From the NCBI GenBank assembly GCA_963707955.1, contig OY970176.1, forward strand, positions 384,001-448,000: 64,000 bases of DNA, given 5' to 3'. Origin of the DNA: Candidatus Bathyarchaeota archaeon. Lineage in GTDB: Archaea; Thermoproteota; Bathyarchaeia; Bathyarchaeales; Bathycorpusculaceae. The notes under the pieces were generated by a model. That model did not search any database and was not told the origin of the DNA. It was given only the letters and a program-made list of their open reading frames with translations. Position numbers and translations under genes: made by a program. Below, in pieces: positions 20,327 through 30,968 of the stretch (position 1 is the first letter of the stretch; the number at the start of each line of letters is the position of its first letter).

Positions 20327-20401
20327 GGGCCGGTAGTTCAGCCTGGTATGAACGCCGCATTCGCAATGCGGAAGTCGTGGGTTCAAATCCCGCCCGGTCC
20401 A
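20327..20401 (+). tRNA. tRNA-Ala(CGC)
   Basis: GGGCCGG/CCGGTCC acceptor stem with G3:U70; CCGCA-TTCGCAA-TGCGG anticodon arm; TTCAAAT T-loop. Confidence 0.95.
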
Positions 20402-20456
20402 CTGAACTCTCTTTTCTGAAAAGAGGTTTCATCGAGAAAATGGGCTTAGCGCGTGC

Positions 20457-20575
20457 GGTGACACCGGAGGCGGTTCTGACTCGGCTGCGATAGTTAAAGC
20501 AACATTGACAACTGACATGCTTGGCCCGCACGTATAAAAGAGATTGGAAATTCGTGAAATCTTCGATGCCCCCCT
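20457..20575 (+). pseudogene. C-terminal remnant of an archaeal pyruvate-kinase alpha/beta-domain-like protein
   Basis: GDTGGGSDSAAIVKAT..*KRLEIREIFDAP with an internal stop; begins at TTAGCGCGTGC (20446). Confidence 0.45.
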
Positions 20576-20626
20576 GGAAGAAATGGTGAAGATGAACACG
20601 TCAGTAGAGGTCAACTCCGAAAAGGT

Positions 20627-21421
20627 TTAGAACCATGATAGGGTTCCATTCTTTCTAGCAGTTCTTAGGCACCATGAGTAGATGAGATAGCCTAATGGCA
20701 GAATTATGGCGCACATGAGGGTTAACGTGAGGAGTTCCGGCAGAATCGTTTGTATGGACCGACCGATCATCATAAGCCTGATGCATGTGAAAAAATAGTA
20801 TTGCGGTACAAAGTAGGCGATTACCCGAAGCGGGTAAGGCATCACCTGAGGCGGGAAAAGAACGTTGCCAAAAACGCTTGTCAATATGCCCATCAGCCAC
20901 GTCACAGGGTCCCCTTGCTTTACCACTATCAGTATGCCTGCGCCTATCATACTGAAGCCTACGAGCGTGCTTATGCCTAACCCCAATACGAGCACTGTCC
21001 CGACGATGTTGACACTGAGCACGACCCCAAAGGCCAAGGAACCTACAGCCAAGTATATGACGACAACAACCGTGCTCCATATGAACCCCCAAGCGGAACT
21101 CCCGATAATGAAAGTGCCCAAGCCTGTCGGAGAAACCAAGACTTCCTCCAACTGCCATGGGGTAGCGGTAGCCTGAACGAGCGTAAGGGCCTGGCCTATG
21201 TACGTGCTGAAGGCGACGCCTATCACCAAGTAGTCTTTGAAGGAAATGTGGTACATTTCAAGGACACTCTGCATGCTTGCGTTGCTGCCCAAGTATGCGT
21301 ATGACAGCGCTCCGAAGAGGGCGCCTAATACCATGAGAGCCATGTTTGTTTTATAGGTAGAGAAGGATGTCATGTCTCTCTTTATGAAGTAGTAGATTTT
21401 TTCGAATTCTTGTAACTTCAT
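20627..21421 (-). CDS. ABC-2 type permease
   Basis: multi-TM; LEEVLVSP and FPPQVMP motifs. Confidence 0.85.
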   Translation of the reverse strand: MKLQEFEKIYYFIKRDMTSFSTYKTNMALMVLGALFGALSYAYLGSNASMQSVLEMYHISFKDYLVIGVAFSTYIGQALTLVQATATPWQLEEVLVSPTGLGTFIIGSSAWGFIWSTVVVVIYLAVGSLAFGVVLSVNIVGTVLVLGLGISTLVGFSMIGAGILIVVKQGDPVTWLMGILTSVFGNVLFPPQVMPYPLRVIAYFVPQYYFFTCIRLMMIGRSIQTILPELLTLTLMCAIILPLGYLIYSWCLRTARKNGTLSWF

Positions 21422-22452
21422 TTTTCCAAGCCTGTTCCGGTTAACTCTATGAAGGCGTCCTCCAACGTTGGTTCTTCCACCCTCAAATCAATCAACTGGA
21501 TTTTCTCTTTGAAGAAAAAGTCGAGAACCATCGGCAGTGAGCCTATGCTCTCAAGGTGGAGGCGCAAAAGCCGTTGGCCGAGCACGGAGTCTTCCACCTC
21601 ACTTACCATGTCGACCACGCCATCCATAGTTTTTATTGCTTCTATTTGGGCATCCGTGATGGACTTTAATCTTATTTCTACAACTTCACCCTTCTTTGTT
21701 ACACGCTTAATGGCGTCAGGGGTATCACAAGCGATGAGTTTTCCCTTGTTCAGTATGCCTATTCTGTCGCAGATTTGAGACGCCTCTTCAACATAATGCG
21801 TCGTGTACAGAACTGTTTTGCCGGCTTTTCTGCTAAGGTCGTTTCTTATGAACTCCCTCAAAGTCCTGGAAGATAACACGTCCAAGCCTACGGTCGGCTC
21901 GTCAAGAAGCAAAATGGGCGTATCTGGAAGTAACACCCTTGCCAAGGCCAGTTTTCTCTTCATCCCACCTGAATACCTCTGGTAGCGTTCAAAGGCCTTA
22001 TCCTTCAAACCCACCAAGTCTAAAACCTCCATAATTCTCTCATGCCTTTTGCTCTTCGGAACGTTGTAGATGGCGGAGAAGAACTCAAGGTTCTTGTAAC
22101 CGTTAAGCCTCCAGAACGCACCCCTTTCACCTACGCTGAAAAGGGCGCCTATCGACCTCTTAACATCCATTTGTTCGTGGACAACATCGAAACCGTTCAC
22201 GAAGGCGTTCCCCTCATCCGGAGGCAGCAAAGTGCACAGAACCTTCACCAACGTTGTTTTTCCAGCCCCATTAGGCCCGAGCAAACCAAACAATTCGCCT
22301 CTTCTGATTTCCAGGTTGAGATGGTCGACCGCCGTCACCATCTTAGGTTCTTTCCGATTGAAAAGGGAGCTTCGAGCCTCTGAATTCCCGTCCCTCGACT
22401 TGAATAACTTAGTCAGATCATGCGTTTCTATGGCTACGCCCGAATTCATCAA
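21418..22452 (-). CDS. ABC ATPase (DrrA-like)
   Basis: GPNGAGKTT, YSGGMKRK, LLLDEPT, TTHY, EPTLEDAF. Confidence 0.95.
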   Translation of the reverse strand: MMNSGVAIETHDLTKLFKSRDGNSEARSSLFNRKEPKMVTAVDHLNLEIRRGELFGLLGPNGAGKTTLVKVLCTLLPPDEGNAFVNGFDVVHEQMDVKRSIGALFSVGERGAFWRLNGYKNLEFFSAIYNVPKSKRHERIMEVLDLVGLKDKAFERYQRYSGGMKRKLALARVLLPDTPILLLDEPTVGLDVLSSRTLREFIRNDLSRKAGKTVLYTTHYVEEASQICDRIGILNKGKLIACDTPDAIKRVTKKGEVVEIRLKSITDAQIEAIKTMDGVVDMVSEVEDSVLGQRLLRLHLESIGSLPMVLDFFFKEKIQLIDLRVEEPTLEDAFIELTGTGLEK

Positions 22453-23313
22453 GCCTCAAGTCTCTGACCGCAATCCCCTTTCCATCAGAAATCATGAGCC
22501 ATCACCCTTAAAGCTTGCCCCATACAAGCCGACAATGCACACCTGCCTCCCCCTAAAGCGCGCGCTTCCTCTGCGAGACCATAATGAGTTATCATACCCC
22601 TAGTTCTTCCAGGTCTTACGGGATTGTCAGAGAGCAACGCGCGGCTAGTGAAATCATCACATGCAACGGAGCAAAGAGCCTTTTGAATTCGAGAATATGC
22701 CACGTGGCATAAGGAAACGACGCGCGCTAATGCTTAGCTGAAACTTGGAAAAGTCTAGTTATTTTGCTATCGGTTAACCGAAGTGAAAAAATTAAAGAAA
22801 GGAAAATTGTTGAGGCAAAGCAGGATTAATGAGACAAACCATGTGTTATATGAGCATTGGTTCCAGCAGTAGCTGCCGCCCTTAGAAACACAGTTCTCGC
22901 ATTCGAGTCTATCAAAAAACTTGATTATTTCAACCCCCCTATTATTCTAACCGTTGAACTTCCATTTTTACTTTATGGTATTTCGCTCAATATTCAGAGG
23001 CAGCAGTGTGCAAGAGCCAAGACAACGCCAATAGTGGTGACTAGTTAGTTACTTTGCACAGCAGTTCTTTTTCAAGCGTGTCTTCTTCTATCTTCAAGGT
23101 TCTAAGCTCGTCCTTTTTCAGTATGGCCTTCAGTTCGCAGCGCGCGCCTGGCAACGGTCCAACGCGCGTTTCTTATCTCGAAGATTTCGCCTAGGCGAAC
23201 AGTTCTGAGCGCGCTTCATGTTTGCAGATTATTAGGGATCTGCAGGTAAGATTTTTAAGACTGGGGCAGAATGAGTTGCCTTCATCAGAACCGAAAATTA
23301 GGAGTGATTAGAC

Positions 23314-24342
23314 GTGTCCGCAACGGAAGCTGGAACCACGATGTCTTCTATCATTGTGAAGGTTGAGAATCTCTCGAAGATTTTTGGCAAGTTGAAGGCC
23401 GTCGACAACGTAAGTTTTGAAATCAAAGAAGGGGAGATCTTCGGTTTCGTCGGCCCCAACGGGGCTGGCAAGACCACAACTATCAACATGCTCACGACCC
23501 TGCTTAAACCTACATCGGGGAACGCGGTGGTCTGCGGCTACGACATATTCAAGCAGCCGAACGAGGTGCGAAGAAATGTTGGCGTTGTGCCTCAGGAGTA
23601 TACGGCTGACGAGGACATGACTGGAATTAACAACGTCCTTCTCTGCGCTGATCTTTACGGCATACCGAGAAGTGATTCCAAGCCACACGCAGAAGAGCTA
23701 CTCAAGCTGGTAGAGCTTCAAGACGCTGCAAAAAGGAAGGTGAGCACCTACTCCGGAGGAATGCGCAGAAGACTGGAGCTCGCCTGCGGCTTGATCAATT
23801 ATCCAAAACTGCTGTTTCTGGATGAACCAACCCTCGGGCTCGACGTTCAAACACGCACCGTGGTCTGGAAGTATATCAAAATGCTAAAAACCGAATACCA
23901 CATGACTCTTTTTATGACAACCCACTACCTTGAAGAGGCTGACACACTCTGCGAGAGAATTGCCATAATCGATCACGGCAAAATCATAAAAATTGGCTCA
24001 CCCGAAGAGCTGAAGGAAAGCATTGGCGGAGACGTCATTGTGGTCACCCTCAAGGAAACAGAGCCGGACATTTCATCCGAGATTGCTGACATCAAACTGG
24101 TAAACGACGTTCAGAAGAACGACAAGAATTATCGCATCAAGGTGCAGCTCGGAGAGGAAGCTTCTCCGCAAATTACGGATCTGATTCGATCCAAAGGGCT
24201 TCACGTGACGAAAATCTCGTTGACAAAGCCAACCTTGGACGAGGCATACTTGGAATTCACTGGTCGCAACCTAAGAGAAGAAGAAGCTGACAGGATGCAG
24301 CTGTTTAGACAACGCGCAACGGTGAGAAGAGCAAGATCGTAG
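23314..24342 (+). CDS. ABC ATPase (DrrA-like)
   Basis: GPNGAGKTT, YSGGMRRR, LFLDEPT, TTHY; start may be the ATG at 23341. Confidence 0.95.
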   Translation: MSATEAGTTMSSIIVKVENLSKIFGKLKAVDNVSFEIKEGEIFGFVGPNGAGKTTTINMLTTLLKPTSGNAVVCGYDIFKQPNEVRRNVGVVPQEYTADEDMTGINNVLLCADLYGIPRSDSKPHAEELLKLVELQDAAKRKVSTYSGGMRRRLELACGLINYPKLLFLDEPTLGLDVQTRTVVWKYIKMLKTEYHMTLFMTTHYLEEADTLCERIAIIDHGKIIKIGSPEELKESIGGDVIVVTLKETEPDISSEIADIKLVNDVQKNDKNYRIKVQLGEEASPQITDLIRSKGLHVTKISLTKPTLDEAYLEFTGRNLREEEADRMQLFRQRATVRRARS

Positions 24343-24354
24343 CGGTGACAGAGT

Positions 24355-25281
24355 ATGGAAAAAATCAAACCGACAAAAAGCAAAGAGGCAGTACGAGAAG
24401 AACAGCCCAGAGTGGTTTCTGCAGAAAAGCAGAGGAATGGCAGAGCTTCTCCTAAACTGAGCAGGAGCCCCGTGCATGGATTATGGGCGTTGACGAACAG
24501 AGATTTGAGAAAGTGGTACACGAACCCAGTCCAGCTATTCACATCGTTAATCCAGCCGGTGGTCTGGCTTGCACTGTTCGGTAAAGCCTTAAACTTTGGA
24601 ACATTTATTTCTGGATCAGGAGCTTCGGTGGCCGAGCAAAACGCAATTCTGTTGAACTATTTTGGTACAACTAGCTACTTTTCATTCTTAGGTTGTGGAA
24701 TGCTTGCTTTCGTTGTCCTGTTCACTTCCGCGTTCAGCGGAATGTCAGTCGTGTTTGACCGCAGGTTCGGTTTCCTGAACAAGGCCCTTAGCACGCCTGT
24801 GGCGCGCGGAGCGATTGTGATGGGAAAAGTCCTCCAAAGTGTGGGCAGGTCACTGATTCAATCGGCCATAGTTCTGGTGATCGCAGTAATACTCGGGATG
24901 GAGACGGCTCATTTCACCGTCCTCGGCATTGCAGGCGCATTCGTCATCATCTTCCTCATGGCCACGGGATTGTCTGCATTATTCACGATGCTCGCGTTGA
25001 GATCAAGTGATTGGCAGACGCAAGTGGCCATCATCAACCTGATAAACCTGCCACTGCTGTTCGCTAGCAACGCACTGTTCCCAGTAAAGATCATGCCGAC
25101 TTGGCTTCAAGACATCGTGAAAGTCAACCCGGTCAGTTACGCTAATGATGCAGTGAGACAACTGCTGATAGGCGCGACGGGCATGAGCAGTCTTTGGCTG
25201 GACTTTGCGGTCTTGATTGGATTCGCCTTTGTGTTATCTGCAATTGGAATCGTCCTCTCTTGGAGACTCCTCTCCAAGTAG
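24355..25281 (+). CDS. ABC-2 type permease (DrrB-like)
   Basis: QPVVWL, DRRFGFL, NPVSYA; about six TM helices. Confidence 0.9.
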   Translation: MEKIKPTKSKEAVREEQPRVVSAEKQRNGRASPKLSRSPVHGLWALTNRDLRKWYTNPVQLFTSLIQPVVWLALFGKALNFGTFISGSGASVAEQNAILLNYFGTTSYFSFLGCGMLAFVVLFTSAFSGMSVVFDRRFGFLNKALSTPVARGAIVMGKVLQSVGRSLIQSAIVLVIAVILGMETAHFTVLGIAGAFVIIFLMATGLSALFTMLALRSSDWQTQVAIINLINLPLLFASNALFPVKIMPTWLQDIVKVNPVSYANDAVRQLLIGATGMSSLWLDFAVLIGFAFVLSAIGIVLSWRLLSK

Positions 25282-25498
25282 CCCCGACGCAGGAGCGCTC
25301 TCAAACAGGAGCTGCAACAGCAGGCCTAATCGGAGGAGTATCAGCAGTCGGAACGGGAGGTTTCCTTGTGCGCGCGCTCATAAGATACTAAGCAAACCGA
25401 TTAAGGAATAGGCATGCCCGCGTTCCTGAACATTTCAGTTCAACAAATGAGGATGCTACCGCGAAAAAAGAGAAAAAAGGGGTGTTGGCTCGCTAAAC

Positions 25499-26341
25499 TC
25501 ATGGACCTGCGCTTGCCCACGTAACGGAGAAGCTTGATCCATCAGTGGACAATAGTGATGGCACAGCTTTGGGGACGATAGTGTAGCCGTGTGTGCGGAA
25601 GTTATATGCAAGGGTAGCCATCGTTATCGTTTGAACGTTTAAGCCAAAGGATCCGATGTACCCCGTAACTCCGCCTATGGTGGCATAACAGGTTCCTGCA
25701 ACGTTTGTGTAATCTTGGCCAAAGTTTACCGTACCGAAGTTTGCAAGCGGCAAAACTCCTCTGTAGGATGATGGGGCCTCTGCGATCCATTCAGCTGAGG
25801 ATTCCGTGGCACCTGAAACTGTAGTCGGTTTACTGGTCCAAGAAGTTGATTTACTTGTAGTAGGATTAGTATCTGTTATAGAAACCACAAATTTGCTGCT
25901 CTGGTATGTCACGGTTGCAGAGATTACATCGCCCGGAGATATTGACAGTGCGGTTATTTGATACATTGGGTTCGGATAGAACTCATACCAAGCGTAGTAC
26001 AATGCTCTTCCATTCTGGATGTCGGAATCGGTTCCTATTTGCTCTACAGTATTTGAGCTGAAACCGTCAATGCCTACCCAGAAGGACGAATATGCAGTTG
26101 TTCTCCTATTGCCGGTGACTGTGGGGACTGTCCATGATCCTTGAACCGAAGTCACTGAGCCTGTTGAACCTGTTACGGCGTATCCGCTCCAATTGGTGCT
26201 GTACCAGCTGCTGCCATTGATGCTTTCTGTACTCATTCCCTGAGCCGTTATTAGGCTTGAGAGAGCTAATGCAGGGCAAAACAAGGCTAATAGTACGAGC
26301 GAGCCTACGAAAAATGTAGTTAGTGCAGTTGAGGTTTTCAT
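25499..26341 (-). CDS. secreted glutamic peptidase (family G1/eqolisin)
   Basis: signal peptide; STNWSGYA, WVGIDG, EQIGT, YAWYE, SAEWIAEAP. Confidence 0.9.
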   Translation of the reverse strand: MKTSTALTTFFVGSLVLLALFCPALALSSLITAQGMSTESINGSSWYSTNWSGYAVTGSTGSVTSVQGSWTVPTVTGNRRTTAYSSFWVGIDGFSSNTVEQIGTDSDIQNGRALYYAWYEFYPNPMYQITALSISPGDVISATVTYQSSKFVVSITDTNPTTSKSTSWTSKPTTVSGATESSAEWIAEAPSSYRGVLPLANFGTVNFGQDYTNVAGTCYATIGGVTGYIGSFGLNVQTITMATLAYNFRTHGYTIVPKAVPSLLSTDGSSFSVTWASAGP

Positions 26342-26496
26342 AAAACTTCATCCTTTTCTTGTCTATAATTACACTGCAAGGACAGCCGCGTGGCTGGATA
26401 TAAATTTTTTTCAGAATTCGGCTGGGTCGCGCGTTGCCTTGTCCCCAAAATGGTTAAAAATGGTTACAAGTCCGTTTTTGCCTATTTAAACCTATA

Positions 26497-26735
26497 ATGG
26501 AATTCTTTGAGCAACGCATTTCGGCTACCCTCAAAGACGGCAAACCGAGTTCACCGTGCTTCTGGGCGAAGTGGGTTTTACCCATAACACTTTGCAACAA
26601 CATCTTCACGGTTAGCAACTTGAGGCCTTGTTGTTAAGGAGAAAATGGCTTCAAACAATCTAGGAAGACGCCAATTCACCTACCACGTTCAATCTGCAGC
26701 AGCAAAGCAGGTGACGGCTGCACTTCAAAACCAGC
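26497..26735 (+). pseudogene. degraded winged-HTH protein gene, truncated at a GCGC motif
   Basis: MEFFEQRISATLKDGKP / LLGEVGFTHNTLQQHL / GLVVKEKMASNNLGRRQFTYHV..VTAALQN across two frameshifts. Confidence 0.6.
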
Positions 26736-27076
26736 GCGCGCTACGCGTTTTTTATTACAGTAGCATCGCCAGTCTGCTGCTTTGGTTCCTCGGTGCCTAA
26801 TGGAAGGAGTCAAACACGCGTGCGGACTGTGAGGGTGGCGACGTGAAACATGATTGTTTCTCCCATCTCCCCCTTAGCGAGGTGAGCATGGTGCCGCCAA
26901 CGAGATGAAGAATCCGCACGCGCCAAGTAAACTCTCGATAACATCAGACATATGCGTTCTGGAACGCAACTATAGAAAATTCATCTAGAACCTAGATCTA
27001 TTGCGCCAACCACTTCTTGGGACAAATCAGCGCAGGCGTGGCAGGGAGCATTCGTGAACTGAGGAAGAAAGAAAAG

Positions 27077-27517
27077 TCATTCGCCCGGCAAGGGCACGAT
27101 AGGCAGCCTATTTTCTTTCGGTGAGTATGTCGGAATATACGCGTAGGGTTCCTCTCCGCCTGGATAAACCCGTCCATCAGGAGGAAGCACGTTCACACTT
27201 GTCGGATCGTTTCCTGAAGTCTGGGACATGTTCTGACCATTTGGTGTTCCGACGGGAACGCCGTTAGGAACAGTCTCATTGGTGCTCTTCGAGTTTCCTT
27301 CAGGCAAATTTCCGCCTCCTCTTTGTCCCCCACTAGAATTAGTGTCCACATTTTCCTTGCTAGGCGAAGCGTTGCCGATTACAGTCTCGTTCGGCTGACT
27401 ACTGGTCTCTATGAGTTTTTCCTCGGACGTTTGTTTGATCTTTGCAGTTAGGCACGTTGAACTCGCAGCAAGTAGAACTGTCACAAGCATTAGGACAAGA
27501 ACCACTAATATTTTCAT
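27077..27517 (-). CDS. secreted low-complexity protein
   Basis: hydrophobic N-terminus; N/S/G/P-rich body. Confidence 0.55.
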   Translation of the reverse strand: MKILVVLVLMLVTVLLAASSTCLTAKIKQTSEEKLIETSSQPNETVIGNASPSKENVDTNSSGGQRGGGNLPEGNSKSTNETVPNGVPVGTPNGQNMSQTSGNDPTSVNVLPPDGRVYPGGEEPYAYIPTYSPKENRLPIVPLPGE

Positions 27518-27597
27518 CCTGTTCTTCTCATGTATAAATAGAGCGTTCTCTCTAGAAAAAGATTGCCCTTGTTTTGATGTTACGCGTCAGCTACGCA

Positions 27598-28209
27598 TCA
27601 GCTGCGCTTTCTAGGTCTTTGCTGAGGGTAAAAGAATGCAGAGACTATTGCTCCAAAAACAGCTGTTCCTAAACCTACGTACGCGAAATTTGAGTTTATC
27701 AGGGCTGCTTGGTATGGGACTCCGTATGTCTGGATTTCGGTCCAGGCTTTGGTCACGTTTGCTATGATCTGAATGGGGGAATCAGAGGATGCATTTCGAG
27801 CGAGAAATATGAGGTAGTAGCTTCCAGGTTGTGCTAATCTGACTGTTGGGCTCCAGGTTGTGTTGACAGAATTAGTATCTTCCAGAGATAGGTAGGTTAC
27901 GTCTGGTTGATCTGGCTGGATCGCGTGAGTTGGGTCTGTGAAGTTGGCTATTGAGAAGTTGAAATTTCCGTTGCCTGCTGCAAGAATGTTCAGTTTCTGA
28001 CCAATACTAATTTGAAATTGCACCATTTTGTCTTGTGATTGGTGTATTTCGAAGGAATAGTCCATGATGATTTGGGACTTTGGAACTTCCTGGATCTCGT
28101 CTCGCGCAAAGGTGAAAACAGGTCTCGAACAAATAGCCAAGGCAGCTCCCACCAAAATCAAGATAAGTCCAGCCAGAAATGCTCGCGAGCGCATTTTCTT
28201 ACGGACCAT
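27598..28209 (-). CDS. membrane protein with extracellular beta domain
   Basis: N- and C-terminal TM helices; PGSYYLIF. Confidence 0.65.
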   Translation of the reverse strand: MVRKKMRSRAFLAGLILILVGAALAICSRPVFTFARDEIQEVPKSQIIMDYSFEIHQSQDKMVQFQISIGQKLNILAAGNGNFNFSIANFTDPTHAIQPDQPDVTYLSLEDTNSVNTTWSPTVRLAQPGSYYLIFLARNASSDSPIQIIANVTKAWTEIQTYGVPYQAALINSNFAYVGLGTAVFGAIVSAFFYPQQRPRKRS

Positions 28210-28418
28210 ACTACAAAACCACTTTGAGTCGTCTTCAATGAATTAATAAAATATGGAATCCTCGAAAATAAACGTGTTTGTTTCACAGTAGGCGACTTTC
28301 CTTTCTAGCTAGTAGAAGCTAAATATGCCTACAAATCGCATAGAAGAAGGTTCCACAAAATTCAAATGCAAAGAACGCTCTATGTTTCTATGCCTAAATA
28401 AAATAGGAGAAGGGAAAA

Positions 28419-30476
28419 ATGAAAAAGATAATATCAATAGCACTGATACTAGTCTTCGTTGCATCAACGATCTTTGTTGTAACACCATTCAACATAAAAG
28501 CAGCAAACGCTGCAGCATCAGACAACTACGTTGCCCTCAATGACGCGCAAGTTGCTCCGAAAGGCAACGTTGTATTGCAAGATCCTCTTGTACCTGATTC
28601 CGACCCTGTGCCATACTATTCTATTGGCAGTATCGTGACATGGGTAACCGCGAACACCTATACGGGCGGTTACTATACCCAGCGCTTCATACTAGTGGCC
28701 ATTGGCACCTATGGTGAGATTTGGGTAGCTTGCGATTCGGCTGGGATTTACCAACTAAATTGGCCCAGCGGGGACTCTAGACCCACTCCACAGATATTGA
28801 GCAATGAAATAGCATTCTACATGAACGAGTTCGACACTCTTATCTATCCCACGGACATCAAAGACTTCGGTGTTCCAGCAGTCCGCGACGGCAATGCCGC
28901 CCACTATGGACCTGCAGGACGATACAATGGAACCACGCGCGTAGCGATTCTGATTGAGAATATCATAGACGAAAACTATTATGACCCGACCTATCCATAC
29001 TACGTTGCTGGTTTCTTCGATCCTGGAGTAGATTACTATGTTGGCAGAAACGTTGTGACCATTGATTCCTACGCGTGGGAGCATCGACTGGGACCCCTCG
29101 GAACCGTGTGGACTGACAGCATAGCTGTTAATCGCCCGTACGTTTACGACAGCACTCTGGCACATGAGTTCCAACACCTAATACATGCAGACTGGAACCC
29201 AAGCGACCCTTCGTTCATGAATGAAGGCTGCAGCATGTATGCAGAATATCTCTGCGGCTTTGGAATCGACTCGAACTACGTCAACAGCTACCTCTACACG
29301 CCCGACAACTCTCTCACAGAATGGAGTGACCAAGGTGACATAAACATACTCGCCGACTACGGCGCCGCACTAATGTGGGTGTTGTACCTGAACGACCATT
29401 ATGGTGGAGTAGCTACCATAACCTATTTCGTCCAGAACGGAATACCAGGAATCGACGGAGTAAACGCTGCATTGGCTCATTTCGGCTACAAACATACCAC
29501 ATTCGATGATGTCTACCACGATTGGAGGATCGCAAACCTCATACACACAGACTTTCCTGGTTGCACAAAATACAACTACAAGAGCCTGAACTTGAACGAT
29601 CCAATATACATTTCTGCATTCACACACACGATCAGCGGCCTGCCAGTTCCACAAACTAAAGGCACAGACTTCGGGAACACATTCACGGATCTAGGCTACG
29701 ACACAGGCGTATCTGAGGTTGGACCTTATGGCTCAGACTACATAAACTTCACAAACTGGAAAACGCCAGGCTTCATTTACTTCCAAGGCGACCAATACGC
29801 AACATTTGGCTGGACACAATCTGGCGGTGTATGGTGGTCAGGCTACGGAAACATGATGGACGCACAGCTCATCAGCCAAGCGGTTTCAGTGACCAGTTCA
29901 AACTCGATGCTTACGCTTGTAACAAAATACGGCATGGAAACCACCTATGACTTCGGATTCGTCCAAGTCTCAACGGACAACGGAAAAACATGGACATCAC
30001 TGTCGAACAGCTACACAACTTCTGACTATCAGACAGACGTTCAGGCAATTATAAACAACATGCCAGGACTCAACGACTACAACCCAGACTGGCCAAGCTA
30101 CACAACGATGACATTTGACCTCTCAACTTATATAGGAAAGACAGTGCTCATAAACTTCCGCTACATGACCGACGAGTACACCAACTATGAAGGCTGGTTC
30201 ATACAAAGCGCAAGCGTGGGCACCACAGCGCTGACGCTAACTCCGACCTATCCGAAAGCAACGTACCAAGTCACAGTGATCCAAGCATTTGTAACTCGCG
30301 GAAAGACACAGTACTTGCCATACGACATGTGCTTAACGAAAGACAACAAAGGAATGGGCATCGGTGCCGCGATCAAGCCTGACTACGTCCTCCTGGTAGT
30401 TAGCCCAACGATGCATCAAGGGTTCGCTGACTACAAGTTCCAAGCGACGAAAGTTCCGCTGTTCAAATTCTGCTGA
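28419..30476 (+). CDS. secreted zinc metalloprotease (M6/M30-like) with C-terminal beta-sandwich
   Basis: signal peptide; TLAHEFQHLIH, FMNEGCS, YDFGFVQVSTDNGKTW, FRYMTD..EGW. Confidence 0.85.
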   Translation: MKKIISIALILVFVASTIFVVTPFNIKAANAAASDNYVALNDAQVAPKGNVVLQDPLVPDSDPVPYYSIGSIVTWVTANTYTGGYYTQRFILVAIGTYGEIWVACDSAGIYQLNWPSGDSRPTPQILSNEIAFYMNEFDTLIYPTDIKDFGVPAVRDGNAAHYGPAGRYNGTTRVAILIENIIDENYYDPTYPYYVAGFFDPGVDYYVGRNVVTIDSYAWEHRLGPLGTVWTDSIAVNRPYVYDSTLAHEFQHLIHADWNPSDPSFMNEGCSMYAEYLCGFGIDSNYVNSYLYTPDNSLTEWSDQGDINILADYGAALMWVLYLNDHYGGVATITYFVQNGIPGIDGVNAALAHFGYKHTTFDDVYHDWRIANLIHTDFPGCTKYNYKSLNLNDPIYISAFTHTISGLPVPQTKGTDFGNTFTDLGYDTGVSEVGPYGSDYINFTNWKTPGFIYFQGDQYATFGWTQSGGVWWSGYGNMMDAQLISQAVSVTSSNSMLTLVTKYGMETTYDFGFVQVSTDNGKTWTSLSNSYTTSDYQTDVQAIINNMPGLNDYNPDWPSYTTMTFDLSTYIGKTVLINFRYMTDEYTNYEGWFIQSASVGTTALTLTPTYPKATYQVTVIQAFVTRGKTQYLPYDMCLTKDNKGMGIGAAIKPDYVLLVVSPTMHQGFADYKFQATKVPLFKFC

Positions 30477-30502
30477 GAACGCGCGATAAGCTGACCCCGC
30501 AG

Positions 30503-30529
30503 CCAAAAAGACCCCCCCCCCTTTTTTGG
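30503..30529 (+). terminator. probable terminator (hairpin with C10 tract and T-run)
   Basis: CCAAAAAG-ACCCCCCCCC-CTTTTTTGG about 27 bp after the protease stop codon. Confidence 0.5.
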
Positions 30530-30968
30530 TTCAAAGGACGCGGGCTCATTTAGAAACTTGATTAGATGCTCGGAAGAGCGAAGAAAGAAGCCAGATTGTA
30601 GGCTTCGTTCGTCTCATTCCTGCTCATTAAAGTTGATCTCATAGCAAGCATTTGGAGACCAAGCTTCAACTTAGAATTATGCAGCTAATACAGAACACAG
30701 GATTTCACGCTGTTTCGGATGAACAGGAACGAGTCCGTTTCGACAAGGTCTGATAGTCCAAAGAGAGCGCAAAACAGCGTGCACCCGCTAAATACGAAAA
30801 CAGACCAAAGCCTAGCATTTCGATTGCACGGAAGTCACTTCCCAAATCATGTTAAGGAAAACGTAGAAATACCTCGCTCATGAACATATTATCGGAGAGG
30901 AGGAAGAAAGGATCCACAGAAGAAGTCCTGGCTTAGTCCTTGCCCTACTACTTGTTAGCACAGTAGCG

